DNA from: an uncultured Methanosarcinales archaeon
GTDB taxonomy: Archaea; Nanobdellota; Nanobdellia; Woesearchaeales; 21-14-0-10-32-9
Direction: 5' to 3'
Assembly (NCBI GenBank): GCA_964548665.1
Contig: CAZJQL010000001.1
Coordinates: 5,462 to 69,461 of the forward strand
DNA: 64,000 bases
Every line of letters starts with the position of its first letter. Positions within the stretch are counted from its first letter, which is position 1. Positions 38,264-47,908 of the stretch are shown in pieces. The translations under genes and the position numbers were made by a program. The notes beneath the pieces are model-generated. The model was not told where the DNA came from and made no database searches. It was given only the letters and a program-made list of their open reading frames with translations.

Positions 38264-38869
38264 ATGGTTAAAGAAATAACGTCCAAAGAAATAAAAGAAC
38301 ATGTAGAGAAAGGATATATTCGTGCTAATATTTTGTTTGAAATAGTGGGAAATCCTGAAGAACATGTTTCTAAAACTATGGATGCTTTAATTAAGCATTT
38401 GGAACAACAAAAAGACATAATTTTCATAAACAAAGAAGTTGGAGAACCTGAAGAAACTAAAGATGGTTTATTTGGTAGCTATTGTGAAGCAGATCTTTTG
38501 TTAAAGAATTTTGGCAAACTAACCTGGGTAATATTTAATTTTATGCCTGCCTCTGTAGAAATAATAGACCCTGCAAAATTGACATTGAAGGACAAAGAGC
38601 TTACAGATTTGACAAATGATGTTCTCGCGTTTTTACACGAAACTAACACGAGAGTTATTCAAACAAATTCTTTAAATCAAGGCATGCTGAGAAGCATAAA
38701 TGCTTTGGTTAGAAATTCAATACTTTTGACATTGTTAAATGGATCAAAAACTGCTGAAGAAATATCTAAAATGGCAGGAATTACAACCAAAGATCTTGAA
38801 CCAGTATTTGAAGCAATGATTAAAGAAAAGACCCTTATTAAAAAAGAAGATAAATATTCTAGAGCTTGA
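38264..38869 (+). CDS. Conserved archaeal hypothetical protein with C-terminal wHTH-like region
   Basis: FEIVG.P.EHV, FMPASVEI; helix-turn-helix-like tail. Confidence 0.65.
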   Translation: MVKEITSKEIKEHVEKGYIRANILFEIVGNPEEHVSKTMDALIKHLEQQKDIIFINKEVGEPEETKDGLFGSYCEADLLLKNFGKLTWVIFNFMPASVEIIDPAKLTLKDKELTDLTNDVLAFLHETNTRVIQTNSLNQGMLRSINALVRNSILLTLLNGSKTAEEISKMAGITTKDLEPVFEAMIKEKTLIKKEDKYSRA

Positions 38870-38912
38870 TTGTTTCAAAACATTTAAAAACAGGGTTTGT
38901 CTTTCTTGTTAT

Positions 38913-39737
38913 ATGAAAGATTGGCAAAAGGTCGAGGCTGTTTTATTTGCTTCTGGAAAGTATTTGACTGAAGATCAGATATCTGATTTGACCGGCGTTG
39001 TAAAAAAAAGTTTGAAAAAAGCATTATCTGATTTAGAAAAACATTATTCTTCTATTGATTCTAGTTTGAAAGTGTTCAGCGAATCAGGCGCTTGGAAATT
39101 GAATGTGAAGGATGAATTCTCCGATATTGTTAAGAAGATTGTTTCGGAAGCAGAGATGCCCAGACCTGTTATGGAGACGCTCGCAATAATTGCATATAAA
39201 AATCCGGTTCTTCAGTCAGAGGTTATTGATACCAGAGGATCTGGAGCTTATGAGCACATTGGTTTGCTTGAAGATAAAGGTTTTGTTGTTAAAGAAAAGC
39301 ATGGAAGAACTTTCAAATTAAAGGTTACTGATAAGTTTTATGAGTACTTTGATGTTGATGGAGATTCAAAATTGTCAGAACTCTTTAAAGGCGTTAAGAA
39401 GCCTGAAACTCTTGGAACCCTTGAAGTTTACACAGAACAAAAAACCGAGGAGAGGGATGATTTTTCAGATAGACTTATTGAAAGAATGAAAAAACTGGAC
39501 TCAAAGCCTGAAGAAACAAAAAACAATCAGGACTTTTTAAAAGACATTGATTCTAAAATAGAGAGTGCTAAAAGCAGAATAGATCTTGAAGAGAATGAAC
39601 TTAAAGAGTTCAGAAGTAAAGAAGATGATGCTCCTGAAGAAGAAAATGTCGAAAAAATTCTAGAAAAAGTGAATAAAGAAATAGATGAGTTGTCTCAAAA
39701 TGATGAGGAAGTAGAGGACTCAAGAGATAAGGCCTAA
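38913..39737 (+). CDS. scpB: SMC-Scp complex subunit ScpB
   Basis: VEAVLFASG, ETLAIIAYKNP, T..F..YF; acidic tail. Confidence 0.9.
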   Translation: MKDWQKVEAVLFASGKYLTEDQISDLTGVVKKSLKKALSDLEKHYSSIDSSLKVFSESGAWKLNVKDEFSDIVKKIVSEAEMPRPVMETLAIIAYKNPVLQSEVIDTRGSGAYEHIGLLEDKGFVVKEKHGRTFKLKVTDKFYEYFDVDGDSKLSELFKGVKKPETLGTLEVYTEQKTEERDDFSDRLIERMKKLDSKPEETKNNQDFLKDIDSKIESAKSRIDLEENELKEFRSKEDDAPEEENVEKILEKVNKEIDELSQNDEEVEDSRDKA

Positions 39738-40589
39738 GTTTTTTCTTATTCTGCAAGCCTTGCAGACTTGTTCTGCACAAGGATCTCCGCAATTTGCACA
39801 AAAATTTGTTTTTTCAGATATTTTTTCTGTTTTCTTTTCAGATAAATATTTTAGAAGTATATTTTTTTTGGTGCCTGGTCTTTGTGATTCTAATCTGTTA
39901 AGTTCGTCTCTCACATGAGCCCTGAATGAGTCTTTTGAGTAAGGACATTCTGTAAAAGGAACATTGAAATTATTTATTAGAGCATAAATCATAACTTCTT
40001 TTTCTTTTAAAAAATATAGAGGCTTTATTTTCTGAGTGAATCCCTCCTTTTTTTGTGTTTTAGGACCTTGTCGTTCATATAGTGTTGTTTGTGCTTTTAA
40101 TAAGTTCATCATTACTGCTTGAGCTTCATCATCTAAGTTATGTCCTGTCGCTATAACATCATAGTCTAGAGTGTGCTTATTCAATAAAGATCTTCTAAAT
40201 GTTCCACAAACAGTGCACGCAGGGTTTCCTAGTTTTATTATAGCGTCAAGTCTTTTTCCAACTTCTTTTTTGAAGGATTTTATGTTTAGTTTTATATTAT
40301 TTTTTTTACAGAATTTTTTTAGAAATAATAGGGTTGTATCCCTATAATTTTTTATTCCTTCGTCTATTGCTAGGGCCTCAACATTATATCCGAATTTGTG
40401 CAATAGATGTAATAAAACTATTGAGTCTTTTCCTCCGGAAACTGCAACACAAATTCTGTCAGATTTTTTAAGTAATTTGTATTTGTTTATCGTGTCTTTT
40501 ACTGTTTTTTCGAAATATTTGTTGAAATGATTTTTACAATATCTTGGGTTATCATGTATTGCTTTTTCTCCACAAGAATCGCATTTCAT
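39720..40589 (-). CDS. tRNA 2-thiolation protein, TtuA/NcsA family
   Basis: AVSGGKDS PP-loop, CTVC, TGHNLDD, CPY, terminal Zn fingers. Confidence 0.9.
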   Translation of the reverse strand: MKCDSCGEKAIHDNPRYCKNHFNKYFEKTVKDTINKYKLLKKSDRICVAVSGGKDSIVLLHLLHKFGYNVEALAIDEGIKNYRDTTLLFLKKFCKKNNIKLNIKSFKKEVGKRLDAIIKLGNPACTVCGTFRRSLLNKHTLDYDVIATGHNLDDEAQAVMMNLLKAQTTLYERQGPKTQKKEGFTQKIKPLYFLKEKEVMIYALINNFNVPFTECPYSKDSFRAHVRDELNRLESQRPGTKKNILLKYLSEKKTEKISEKTNFCANCGDPCAEQVCKACRIRKNLGLIS

Positions 40590-40590
40590 T

Positions 40591-40785
40591 TTATCCTCCA
40601 GAAATTATGCTGATTATTTTTATTCTGTCAGAATCAGTTAATTTTTCTTCTAGAGTTATTAGTTCCTCGTTTTTCAGCATAAGAACCTCTTCTGAGTTGA
40701 CATTTAATTTTTTCAACAAATCCAAACCTGAACCTTGGAATTTTAGGTTTAGTTTTTTATTTTCTTTTTCTATGAATATTTCCAT
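40591..40785 (-). CDS. ThiS/MoaD ubiquitin-like sulfur carrier
   Basis: 64 aa ending in SGG; adjacent to TtuA. Confidence 0.88.
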   Translation of the reverse strand: MEIFIEKENKKLNLKFQGSGLDLLKKLNVNSEEVLMLKNEELITLEEKLTDSDRIKIISIISGG

Positions 40786-40870
40786 TGTGTTGGTATTTCT
40801 TGCTTATTTATAATATCTGCGAATAAATATAATAAGAAACTATATAAAGAAGAAATTGGCATTTATTCTC

Positions 40871-41731
40871 ATGGTTTTAGAATCTTTACTTTCTCCGGTG
40901 AGCGCTGAAAATAAAAGCTATAAAGCTTTATTATATGGTTTTTCTCTGGCGATCATTTGTGGTTTTTTGAGCTTGTTTTTGTTAGGAGAAAATGCTAGTA
41001 TGCTTTTGGTTTTTTTCGTTGCATTAGGTGCAACTCCTTTCATATATAATTTACTTAGATATGAGGAGAATAAAGATTTGGAGGAACAGGACGAATTTGC
41101 ACTTCTTAAACAGCACATGAAGGCATTATCTGTTTTTGGTTATTTTTTTGTTGGAACTTTGCTTGCATTTTTGCTTTTGTATGTTGTTCTTCCTCCGGCG
41201 CTTAGCAATATTCTTTTTGATAGCCAGTTTGAGAGTTTGACTGCAATTAGAGGCGCAGTTATTGAAGCGCCAGTCGAGACGGGTTGGGAGGATTTTACAA
41301 GTATTTTTTTGAATAATGTCCGAGTTATGGTGTTGGCAATATTATTTTCTTTTATGTTTGGAGCAGGAGCAATATTTATTTTGACTTGGAATTCTTCAGT
41401 TATAGCTGTTGCAATAGGCAATTATATTAGAGATAAGTTAGCGTTAGTTGCAGGAGCGGTAGGATTTGAAAGTGTATCTAATTATTTTTCAATAATAAGC
41501 ATAGGTTTGTTGAGATATGTTATTCATGGTGTGCCTGAAATTTTAGCTTATTTTTTTGCGGCATTGGCAGGAGGAATTATAAGTGTTGCTGTAATAAAAA
41601 AAGATTATACTTCTAGCAAGTTTGAACACATCTTGATAGATGCGGCCAATCTTTTAGCTATTGCTTTAGGTCTTGTTTTTTTGGCAGCAATTTTAGAAGT
41701 CTGGATCACTCCAGTGATTTTTCCTTTTTGA
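40871..41731 (+). CDS. SpoIIM-family membrane protein
   Basis: IFLNN, HGVPE, AAILEV motifs. Confidence 0.85.
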   Translation: MVLESLLSPVSAENKSYKALLYGFSLAIICGFLSLFLLGENASMLLVFFVALGATPFIYNLLRYEENKDLEEQDEFALLKQHMKALSVFGYFFVGTLLAFLLLYVVLPPALSNILFDSQFESLTAIRGAVIEAPVETGWEDFTSIFLNNVRVMVLAILFSFMFGAGAIFILTWNSSVIAVAIGNYIRDKLALVAGAVGFESVSNYFSIISIGLLRYVIHGVPEILAYFFAALAGGIISVAVIKKDYTSSKFEHILIDAANLLAIALGLVFLAAILEVWITPVIFPF

Positions 41732-41734
41732 GGT

Positions 41735-42385
41735 TCACTCTAGAACTTTAAGTTTGCCTGCTCTGAGTTCAAAAATTTCTCCTTCATTCAAGAGGGCAGT
41801 TATGTATTTTTCTGTATCTTTTATTTTTGATTGTTTTATTACTTCATTTATATCTGCACCTGAGCCTGCATCTAGTTTTTTTATTAGAGTTATAATGTTG
41901 TGTGCGTAATTGTCGATTGGTTCTTCTTCGTATTTTTTCTCTTTTGTTGGTTCATAGCTTTGTGTGGCTGATTGTTCTGTTTCTTTTTTGATTATTTTTT
42001 GAGAATCTGTGAGCATGTTTAGCTCTTGTTTTCGGTAATCGATCCAGCGTTTATCTTCTATTTTTCTTATTATTTCTGGAGCTATGTATCTTTGAGAATT
42101 GTATTCTCTGGGCCTTCCTATTACTAAGATTATGTCTCCTACCGAGATATTTGATGCTGATGTGGAGTCATTGAACAGCATCATGGATATTTGACCTGAG
42201 CCGTCATCTATTAGTATAGAATTATCTTCTCTTGATACTACAATCGCTATTATGTTAACTCGAGATATTTGTTGGTTTCCTAGTTCTATGTAATTAGGAT
42301 CCCAGCCTGTTTTTTGTATATAATTACCTGAAAGAATTTGATTTATTGTACATTTATATGCTGTTTGTCTTTTTATTTCCGGCAT
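41735..42385 (-). CDS. RPA32-like OB-fold protein with C-terminal wH
   Basis: SRVNIIA, IDDGSGQI, GEIFE tail. Confidence 0.8.
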   Translation of the reverse strand: MPEIKRQTAYKCTINQILSGNYIQKTGWDPNYIELGNQQISRVNIIAIVVSREDNSILIDDGSGQISMMLFNDSTSASNISVGDIILVIGRPREYNSQRYIAPEIIRKIEDKRWIDYRKQELNMLTDSQKIIKKETEQSATQSYEPTKEKKYEEEPIDNYAHNIITLIKKLDAGSGADINEVIKQSKIKDTEKYITALLNEGEIFELRAGKLKVLE

Positions 42386-42482
42386 TTTAGTGTGGAGATG
42401 AATGTTGATTTAAAAGTTTTTTATAAATATTTATTTTCAATATAGAAGTTAATCATCTGAAAAAAAAAGAAAAAGAAGAAAT

Positions 42483-42719
42483 TTACTTTCTTCCTCTAGC
42501 CATCTTTGCTCTTGAAACGTCTCCTGCTTTATCGACAAAATACAAGTATCCTGCTTCTTTTTTGACGCCTACTTTAGCAACTTTTTCTGGTTTTGATTTC
42601 TTTCCTTTCTTTCCGCCGCCTCTAGCCATCATTGCTCTAGAAACGTCTCCTGCTTTATCAACAAAGTAAAGAAAACCTTTAACCTTCTTTACGCCTACTT
42701 TAGCAACTTTTTGAGCCAT
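42483..42719 (-). CDS. Small basic protein with two internal repeats
   Basis: KVAKVGVKK..G.LYFVDKAGDVSRA.MARG occurs twice. Confidence 0.8.
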   Translation of the reverse strand: MAQKVAKVGVKKVKGFLYFVDKAGDVSRAMMARGGGKKGKKSKPEKVAKVGVKKEAGYLYFVDKAGDVSRAKMARGRK

Positions 42720-42852
42720 GTTCTTTACACCCCCTATTACTAGGTATTATTCTATAGAGAATCCTGCAAAGCCTAATATATAAATGTTTTGTTTTTCTCC
42801 TCGAGAAAAGCATTTTAATAAACTTTTTAATCGTCGCCAGACTCCTTTCAAC

Positions 42853-43122
42853 ATGGTTTTCGTTAAACTTATGGGAGCTCTTGATTTAATAACAGGGATA
42901 ACAATAATCCTTTTTCATTATGATCTTATCGGATTACGTTTGTTTCTAACATTCACACTTTATCTTTTATTAAAAGGATTTATGTTCAAAGGGGATTTAG
43001 CTAGCATGGTTGATTTTGCAGTCGGAGCATACATGCTACTTATGCTAATACTTCCAATAACCATATTAACTTATATTTGCGCAATATATCTTTTCCAAAA
43101 AAGCATCTCTTCACTTATTTGA
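42853..43122 (+). CDS. Small membrane protein
   Basis: Almost entirely hydrophobic 89-aa ORF. Confidence 0.6.
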   Translation: MVFVKLMGALDLITGITIILFHYDLIGLRLFLTFTLYLLLKGFMFKGDLASMVDFAVGAYMLLMLILPITILTYICAIYLFQKSISSLI

Positions 43123-43130
43123 GTAAGTGA

Positions 43131-43868
43131 TTAAAGAAATTTGTCTGTAATGAATTTTTTAACAACCCAAACCAACATTAAAGATATGGCCGCAATTATT
43201 ACGTACGCATATATATTCATGGCTCTTACCATGAAAAATGCTATCAGACTGAAAAAGAAGTAGAACACCCAAATTTTTCTGGAGTACAAAAGAACATTTA
43301 TTCCGTTTGTTTTTGGCAAAGGAAGAGAGGTAAATATCAATATCCAACTTACTGCAATTATGAAATCGAATATTAGCGTGCTTTTTGTTAAAAAATAAAT
43401 TGGTTGTAGTATGACTATTAATAATAAAAGCATCATCATGGGTCCTGCCAAACCAACCCACATAAGATCTTTTATGCTGACATATGGTCTAAATCTTCCC
43501 AATCTGTGTTTCATATTTTCTTTTAATTCTACAGAACCTAAATATAGAAAAGGAATTAATCCGAAAGACAGAAATGTTAGAAATATTCCTATTGCTGGGC
43601 CAAATTGCCACAACGTGTACTTGCATTCATAACCCAAGTATTCTGCCATAAATTTTTGTCCCATAATAAATAGAGCATAAATTATGAGAAATATGACTGA
43701 GAATAAAATGAAATTTACTAAACCTGCTGTTGCATCAAAAGAATCTGTGCCCCACCTTCTAAAAGAGAGTATAAACCCGCTAAATACAACTATAAATAAG
43801 AAATTTTTAAGCTCCTCTCCTGAAAAATTAAAAGAGTTTTTTAAAGCATATTTTATTATATTCATCAT
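43131..43868 (-). CDS. Membrane protein, M50/site-2 protease-like, lacking HExxH
   Basis: LAGP and LPLPKTNG remnants of M50 motifs. Confidence 0.55.
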   Translation of the reverse strand: MMNIIKYALKNSFNFSGEELKNFLFIVVFSGFILSFRRWGTDSFDATAGLVNFILFSVIFLIIYALFIMGQKFMAEYLGYECKYTLWQFGPAIGIFLTFLSFGLIPFLYLGSVELKENMKHRLGRFRPYVSIKDLMWVGLAGPMMMLLLLIVILQPIYFLTKSTLIFDFIIAVSWILIFTSLPLPKTNGINVLLYSRKIWVFYFFFSLIAFFMVRAMNIYAYVIIAAISLMLVWVVKKFITDKFL

Positions 43869-43904
43869 CTTATAATTTAAGTACTTCTTTAAAAATTTGA
43901 TGTT

Positions 43905-44588
43905 TTAATAAACGTTCGATGCGATAAGACTTTCTAGGTGTTTGCGTATACCTTCTACGTGTCCTGCTCCTACTATCACTAGTATTTTTGCATCAGGCGT
44001 TGTTTTAATGATTGAGTATATTTTTTTCGCCATGTATCTGTTTCTGTCATCGAGCAAAACTTTGTACAATCCTGAATATCTGTGTTTCATTTGTTCTAGA
44101 ATTTTGTTTATTAGTTCTTGCGGAGGAACTTTGCTTATGTCTATTTTGATTTTTTGTTTTGAAAAAGGAGATAAAAGAATGTCAAAGAGTATTTTCATTT
44201 TTTCTGAGAATTTAACTTTTTTGCTCATGTTGCTCAGAGTTATTGCTGCATCTTGATCTATTAATTCTAGACGAATGTTGTTGTTTTTTGCTAAAGTAAA
44301 ACCTAGCAACATATCTTCTCCAGGATTCATCCCCACCAAATTTCCTAATTTTTTTTGTAGTGCTCTCCCTATTACTGCAAATAAGTACCCTGTTATCCCT
44401 ATTTTTTTTATTGCAGTAATTTTTAGTTTCTGGGTTTCTTTATGCGTGAGCGCATATAATCTTTGTTTGTCTAATTCTATTGCTATTATTGATGGTTTGT
44501 ATTCTGTGAATGCTTGTTTTATTTTTTGTTTGGATTCTGGAGATACGTGGCTTGTTCCAATTATCTCATAATTTTTTGAGCTTATCAT
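43905..44588 (-). CDS. TraB/PrgY-family protein
   Basis: IGTSHVS, IELD..R, DRNRYM, VGAGH. Confidence 0.88.
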   Translation of the reverse strand: MISSKNYEIIGTSHVSPESKQKIKQAFTEYKPSIIAIELDKQRLYALTHKETQKLKITAIKKIGITGYLFAVIGRALQKKLGNLVGMNPGEDMLLGFTLAKNNNIRLELIDQDAAITLSNMSKKVKFSEKMKILFDILLSPFSKQKIKIDISKVPPQELINKILEQMKHRYSGLYKVLLDDRNRYMAKKIYSIIKTTPDAKILVIVGAGHVEGIRKHLESLIASNVY

Positions 44589-44625
44589 TTGATAAAGAAA
44601 AAGATTGTAATTAAAAAAGTTTTAG

Positions 44626-45426
44626 TTATGCTTTCACTTTCAAGTTCTTCCATGCTAATTCAAATAACTGTGATAGTGCTTGTGCAAAGAATTCTGTGTT
44701 TACCCATACTCCTATGTCGTATGTTGGATGTACCTCTTGGTCGTGTGCAAGCATAAACATCACTGATTGTCCATCTATAACGAAGAATCTTGCGTTAAGT
44801 CCTAAGTCTTGTATGTCTGCTACTTTTCTTAGTTCTTTTATTTCTTCTGTTTCTTTTTTAATGGTGGCAGCTATTTTTATTTTTACTCCTCTTTCTTTTG
44901 CTTTTTTTAGAGATTTTATTAGAAACTCTGCCTTTCTTTTTAGACCTTCTTCGGTTGTTGCAATTATAACAGATTCTTGAGCATCTCTTAGCATCATATT
45001 TATATGGTCATATAAATTTTCTCTGCCTTTAACAAAACCTGATCTGTCTGCAGGATCTACCATATCTATTCCTTTTGAATGAAGTGTTACTAAATCATTT
45101 AGAACGTCTGAGTCTTTTAGTTCTTCTAGCATGCTTATTGTTTTGTCGGCATCATCTTTTATGTTTCTTTTTACTCTTTCTACGACTTCTTTTGGTGGTA
45201 CTGCTATGTATTTGATTGGTTTGCCTATTTTCATTACTACGAATCCTTTTTTTTCTAGTGATTCTAGTACGTCGTAGGATCTGCTTCTTGGGACGTTGGC
45301 TATGTCGCTTAGTTCTCCGGCAGTGCTTACTCCTCTAGAAAGTAAAGCAGTCCAAATCTTTGCTTCATAACTATTTATTCCAAAATCTTTGAGTTTTCCT
45401 AAAAAATCTTTTTGTACTATCATCAT
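44626..45426 (-). CDS. TrmB-family transcriptional regulator
   Basis: YEAKIW..LL, VPRSRSYDVLESLEKKG. Confidence 0.92.
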   Translation of the reverse strand: MMIVQKDFLGKLKDFGINSYEAKIWTALLSRGVSTAGELSDIANVPRSRSYDVLESLEKKGFVVMKIGKPIKYIAVPPKEVVERVKRNIKDDADKTISMLEELKDSDVLNDLVTLHSKGIDMVDPADRSGFVKGRENLYDHINMMLRDAQESVIIATTEEGLKRKAEFLIKSLKKAKERGVKIKIAATIKKETEEIKELRKVADIQDLGLNARFFVIDGQSVMFMLAHDQEVHPTYDIGVWVNTEFFAQALSQLFELAWKNLKVKA

Positions 45427-45516
45427 ATCACCTTAAGTGTAATCAGATAGAGAAATGAATATTTATTTATAAAGTTTGCTATGTGTTACTATTATAAAGT
45501 AAAAAAAATGAAAGAA

Positions 45517-45849
45517 TCATTGTTTTGTGACTTTTTGCTTAGACGATTCGACTACTTTCGATTTTTTAACAATTTTCGTCTTTTTAGGCTTTTCAGAACC
45601 GTTTTTTGCCTTCTTATCAACAATCTCTAAATTCAACGAAGCGAATGCTTTTTTTACATCATCATGAGAAGCTCCTTTAGTTAATTTAAGAACTTTATCA
45701 GTAGGCTCAATATGCTTAACATTACAAGGTTTTCTTCTGGTTTGACCATCAATTAAAACCATAGAATCGTCCAATCTATCAACCACAACACAATATTTGT
45801 TTGCATCTCTGCCTGCTATTTTTAAACACAATCTTCCTATTTCGTACAT
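45517..45849 (-). CDS. rpl14e: 50S ribosomal protein L14e
   Basis: EIGRLCLKIAGRDANKYCVVV. Confidence 0.93.
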   Translation of the reverse strand: MYEIGRLCLKIAGRDANKYCVVVDRLDDSMVLIDGQTRRKPCNVKHIEPTDKVLKLTKGASHDDVKKAFASLNLEIVDKKAKNGSEKPKKTKIVKKSKVVESSKQKVTKQ

Positions 45850-45916
45850 TTCACTTTCCTCCTATTTCAAAACCAATCCTGTTAGAACTCCATACATGTC
45901 GCCACATATAGTAGGA

Positions 45917-46189
45917 TTAAAGCTTTGCTTGTCTTGCTCTTTTCTTGAGTTCTTCTCTCGATGCCTCTGAAGATAATACGCCTCCAAAAGGTCTTTGCGG
46001 CCTCTTTGCAGTTTTAGGCATATTCTTCATCTTAGTTGGAAGAGCTCTTGGAACTCCTTTAAGAGTTTGACCTGTAACTGAACAAACACCAACTTTAGGT
46101 TTTCTTCTGACATAAACCTTTTTAGTGCCCGTAACTGTTCTGACTTGTTTTTGTCTGAACGTATTTGATTTAATTTTATGATTTACCAT
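45917..46189 (-). CDS. rpl34e: 50S ribosomal protein L34e
   Basis: LKGVPR, KRPQRPFGGVL. Confidence 0.92.
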   Translation of the reverse strand: MVNHKIKSNTFRQKQVRTVTGTKKVYVRRKPKVGVCSVTGQTLKGVPRALPTKMKNMPKTAKRPQRPFGGVLSSEASREELKKRARQAKL

Positions 46190-46310
46190 AATACAACAGG
46201 AAAGAAGTTTCATTTATAAATGTTATTCTTTGATCATATAAACAAATAGACCTGAATTGTCTCAAGAAATAACAAAAAAATATTAAAAAGAACTAAAGTA
46301 AAAATACGAT

Positions 46311-47477
46311 ATGACTAAAAACATAAAGCTCATTTATGTAATTTCTGCTTTAATGTGGGGTCGTTTCTTTGTACCTGTTTTAGCTCTTTTTTATATAGCT
46401 TCTCAGGTTTCTCTAAAAGAATTTGGAATAATCCTGGGTGTTTTTTCAGCAACAATTATGTTGCTTGAGATACCATCAGGCATTTTGGCAGATAGAATTG
46501 GAAAGAAAAAAACTCTTCTCATTTCCAGATTTTTGTATCTGATAGAAGTAGTTTTGCTCGCATTTACAAACGGATTTTTAATTTTTTTAATTGCAAAGAT
46601 TTTGAGTGGTATCGCAGTAAGTCTTACTAGTGGAACAAGTCAAGCTTTGCTTTATGATTCAGTTAAAAAATATGGACAAGAGCATGAATTCAAAAAAATA
46701 TTTGGAATACAAAAACTCATTTCATACACATCTATGGGTTTTGTTTTTGTGATTGGTTCGTATCTTTTCTCAATAAATTCCAAGCTTCCGGCAATCGCGT
46801 CTCTTCCTTTGCTCTTTCTTGGCTTTATCTTGACTTTTTTTATTGAAGAACCGCATCCTTCAGAAAATAAAAATACTCATATTTTTGAATATTTTAAAAA
46901 AGGAGTTGACTTATTTAGAACTCACCCTCAACTTCTCATACTTTTACTTATCAGCATTCCATCTTTTGTTATCAATGAGGTTATTTTAACAAATTCATCA
47001 GTCTATTTTATTACCATATCAGTTCCGGTTGCTGCAATAGGTTCGATAAATTTTTTTATAAATATTTTCGCTGCACAAAGTTCTAAGCATTCAGAAAATA
47101 TTCTAAGTTTTTTTAACAACAACATTGTTTTTTTGGTTCTTTTTTCTATTTTGATTTGCTTACTTTTAGGATTTTCAATACCTTACTTGGGCGTTTTATT
47201 TTTCTTCATCGTGGCAGGAATTGTTGCTTTATTAGACATATTTTTAGAGGATTCCTTTAATAAAAAAATAGTTTCGAAATACAGAGCCACCAGCCTCAGC
47301 ATAAAAAATATGATCATAAATCTTGGTCTGTTTTTTGGATATATGATATTCGGTTTTTCTTCAATCAATTCACTTGAAACTGGATTTTTTATATTAGCCA
47401 TAATATCTTTTGTTTTTGTATGTGCAGTCTATTTTTTTAACTTTCATCTAAGAAAAAAAGAAAGAGTGTTCAGATAA
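46311..47477 (+). CDS. MFS transporter
   Basis: EIPSGILADRIGKK, multi-TM. Confidence 0.9.
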   Translation: MTKNIKLIYVISALMWGRFFVPVLALFYIASQVSLKEFGIILGVFSATIMLLEIPSGILADRIGKKKTLLISRFLYLIEVVLLAFTNGFLIFLIAKILSGIAVSLTSGTSQALLYDSVKKYGQEHEFKKIFGIQKLISYTSMGFVFVIGSYLFSINSKLPAIASLPLLFLGFILTFFIEEPHPSENKNTHIFEYFKKGVDLFRTHPQLLILLLISIPSFVINEVILTNSSVYFITISVPVAAIGSINFFINIFAAQSSKHSENILSFFNNNIVFLVLFSILICLLLGFSIPYLGVLFFFIVAGIVALLDIFLEDSFNKKIVSKYRATSLSIKNMIINLGLFFGYMIFGFSSINSLETGFFILAIISFVFVCAVYFFNFHLRKKERVFR

Positions 47478-47907
47478 ACTTTTTTAATATTTTAGGCAAC
47501 ATTAACTTGAGATCTCTTGATAGAAAGTTTTTATTTCCTTCTAGTTCAGAAAGAGAAAAGAATTTTGATTTTTTTTCATCAAATATGTCCTCATTCGGAC
47601 TAAGTTTTCCTTCCACATAAACAATAAATTTGTGTGCAATTATTTCTTTTCCCTTCGGATGAATAAATTTGACTTTACCAAAGTAAGTTAACTCTGAAAT
47701 CTTTTCTATTCCTTTTACTTCTTCCTTGAGCTCTCGTAATGCTGCAATCTTAAGTTCTTCTACAGCAGGATGTGAAACATCTCTACACTCCTCAGAATCT
47801 ATTTTTCCGCCAGGAGTTTCAAACCAAGAATGTTTTTTTCTCCACAGAAGGTAAATTTGGTGGTTAGAATTAAAAACGAAACATCCTGAAATTATTTTTT
47901 TATTCAT
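47470..47907 (-). CDS. NUDIX hydrolase
   Basis: PGGK...AALRELKEE Nudix box with insertion. Confidence 0.8.
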   Translation of the reverse strand: MNKKIISGCFVFNSNHQIYLLWRKKHSWFETPGGKIDSEECRDVSHPAVEELKIAALRELKEEVKGIEKISELTYFGKVKFIHPKGKEIIAHKFIVYVEGKLSPNEDIFDEKKSKFFSLSELEGNKNFLSRDLKLMLPKILKKFI

Positions 47908-47908
47908 T

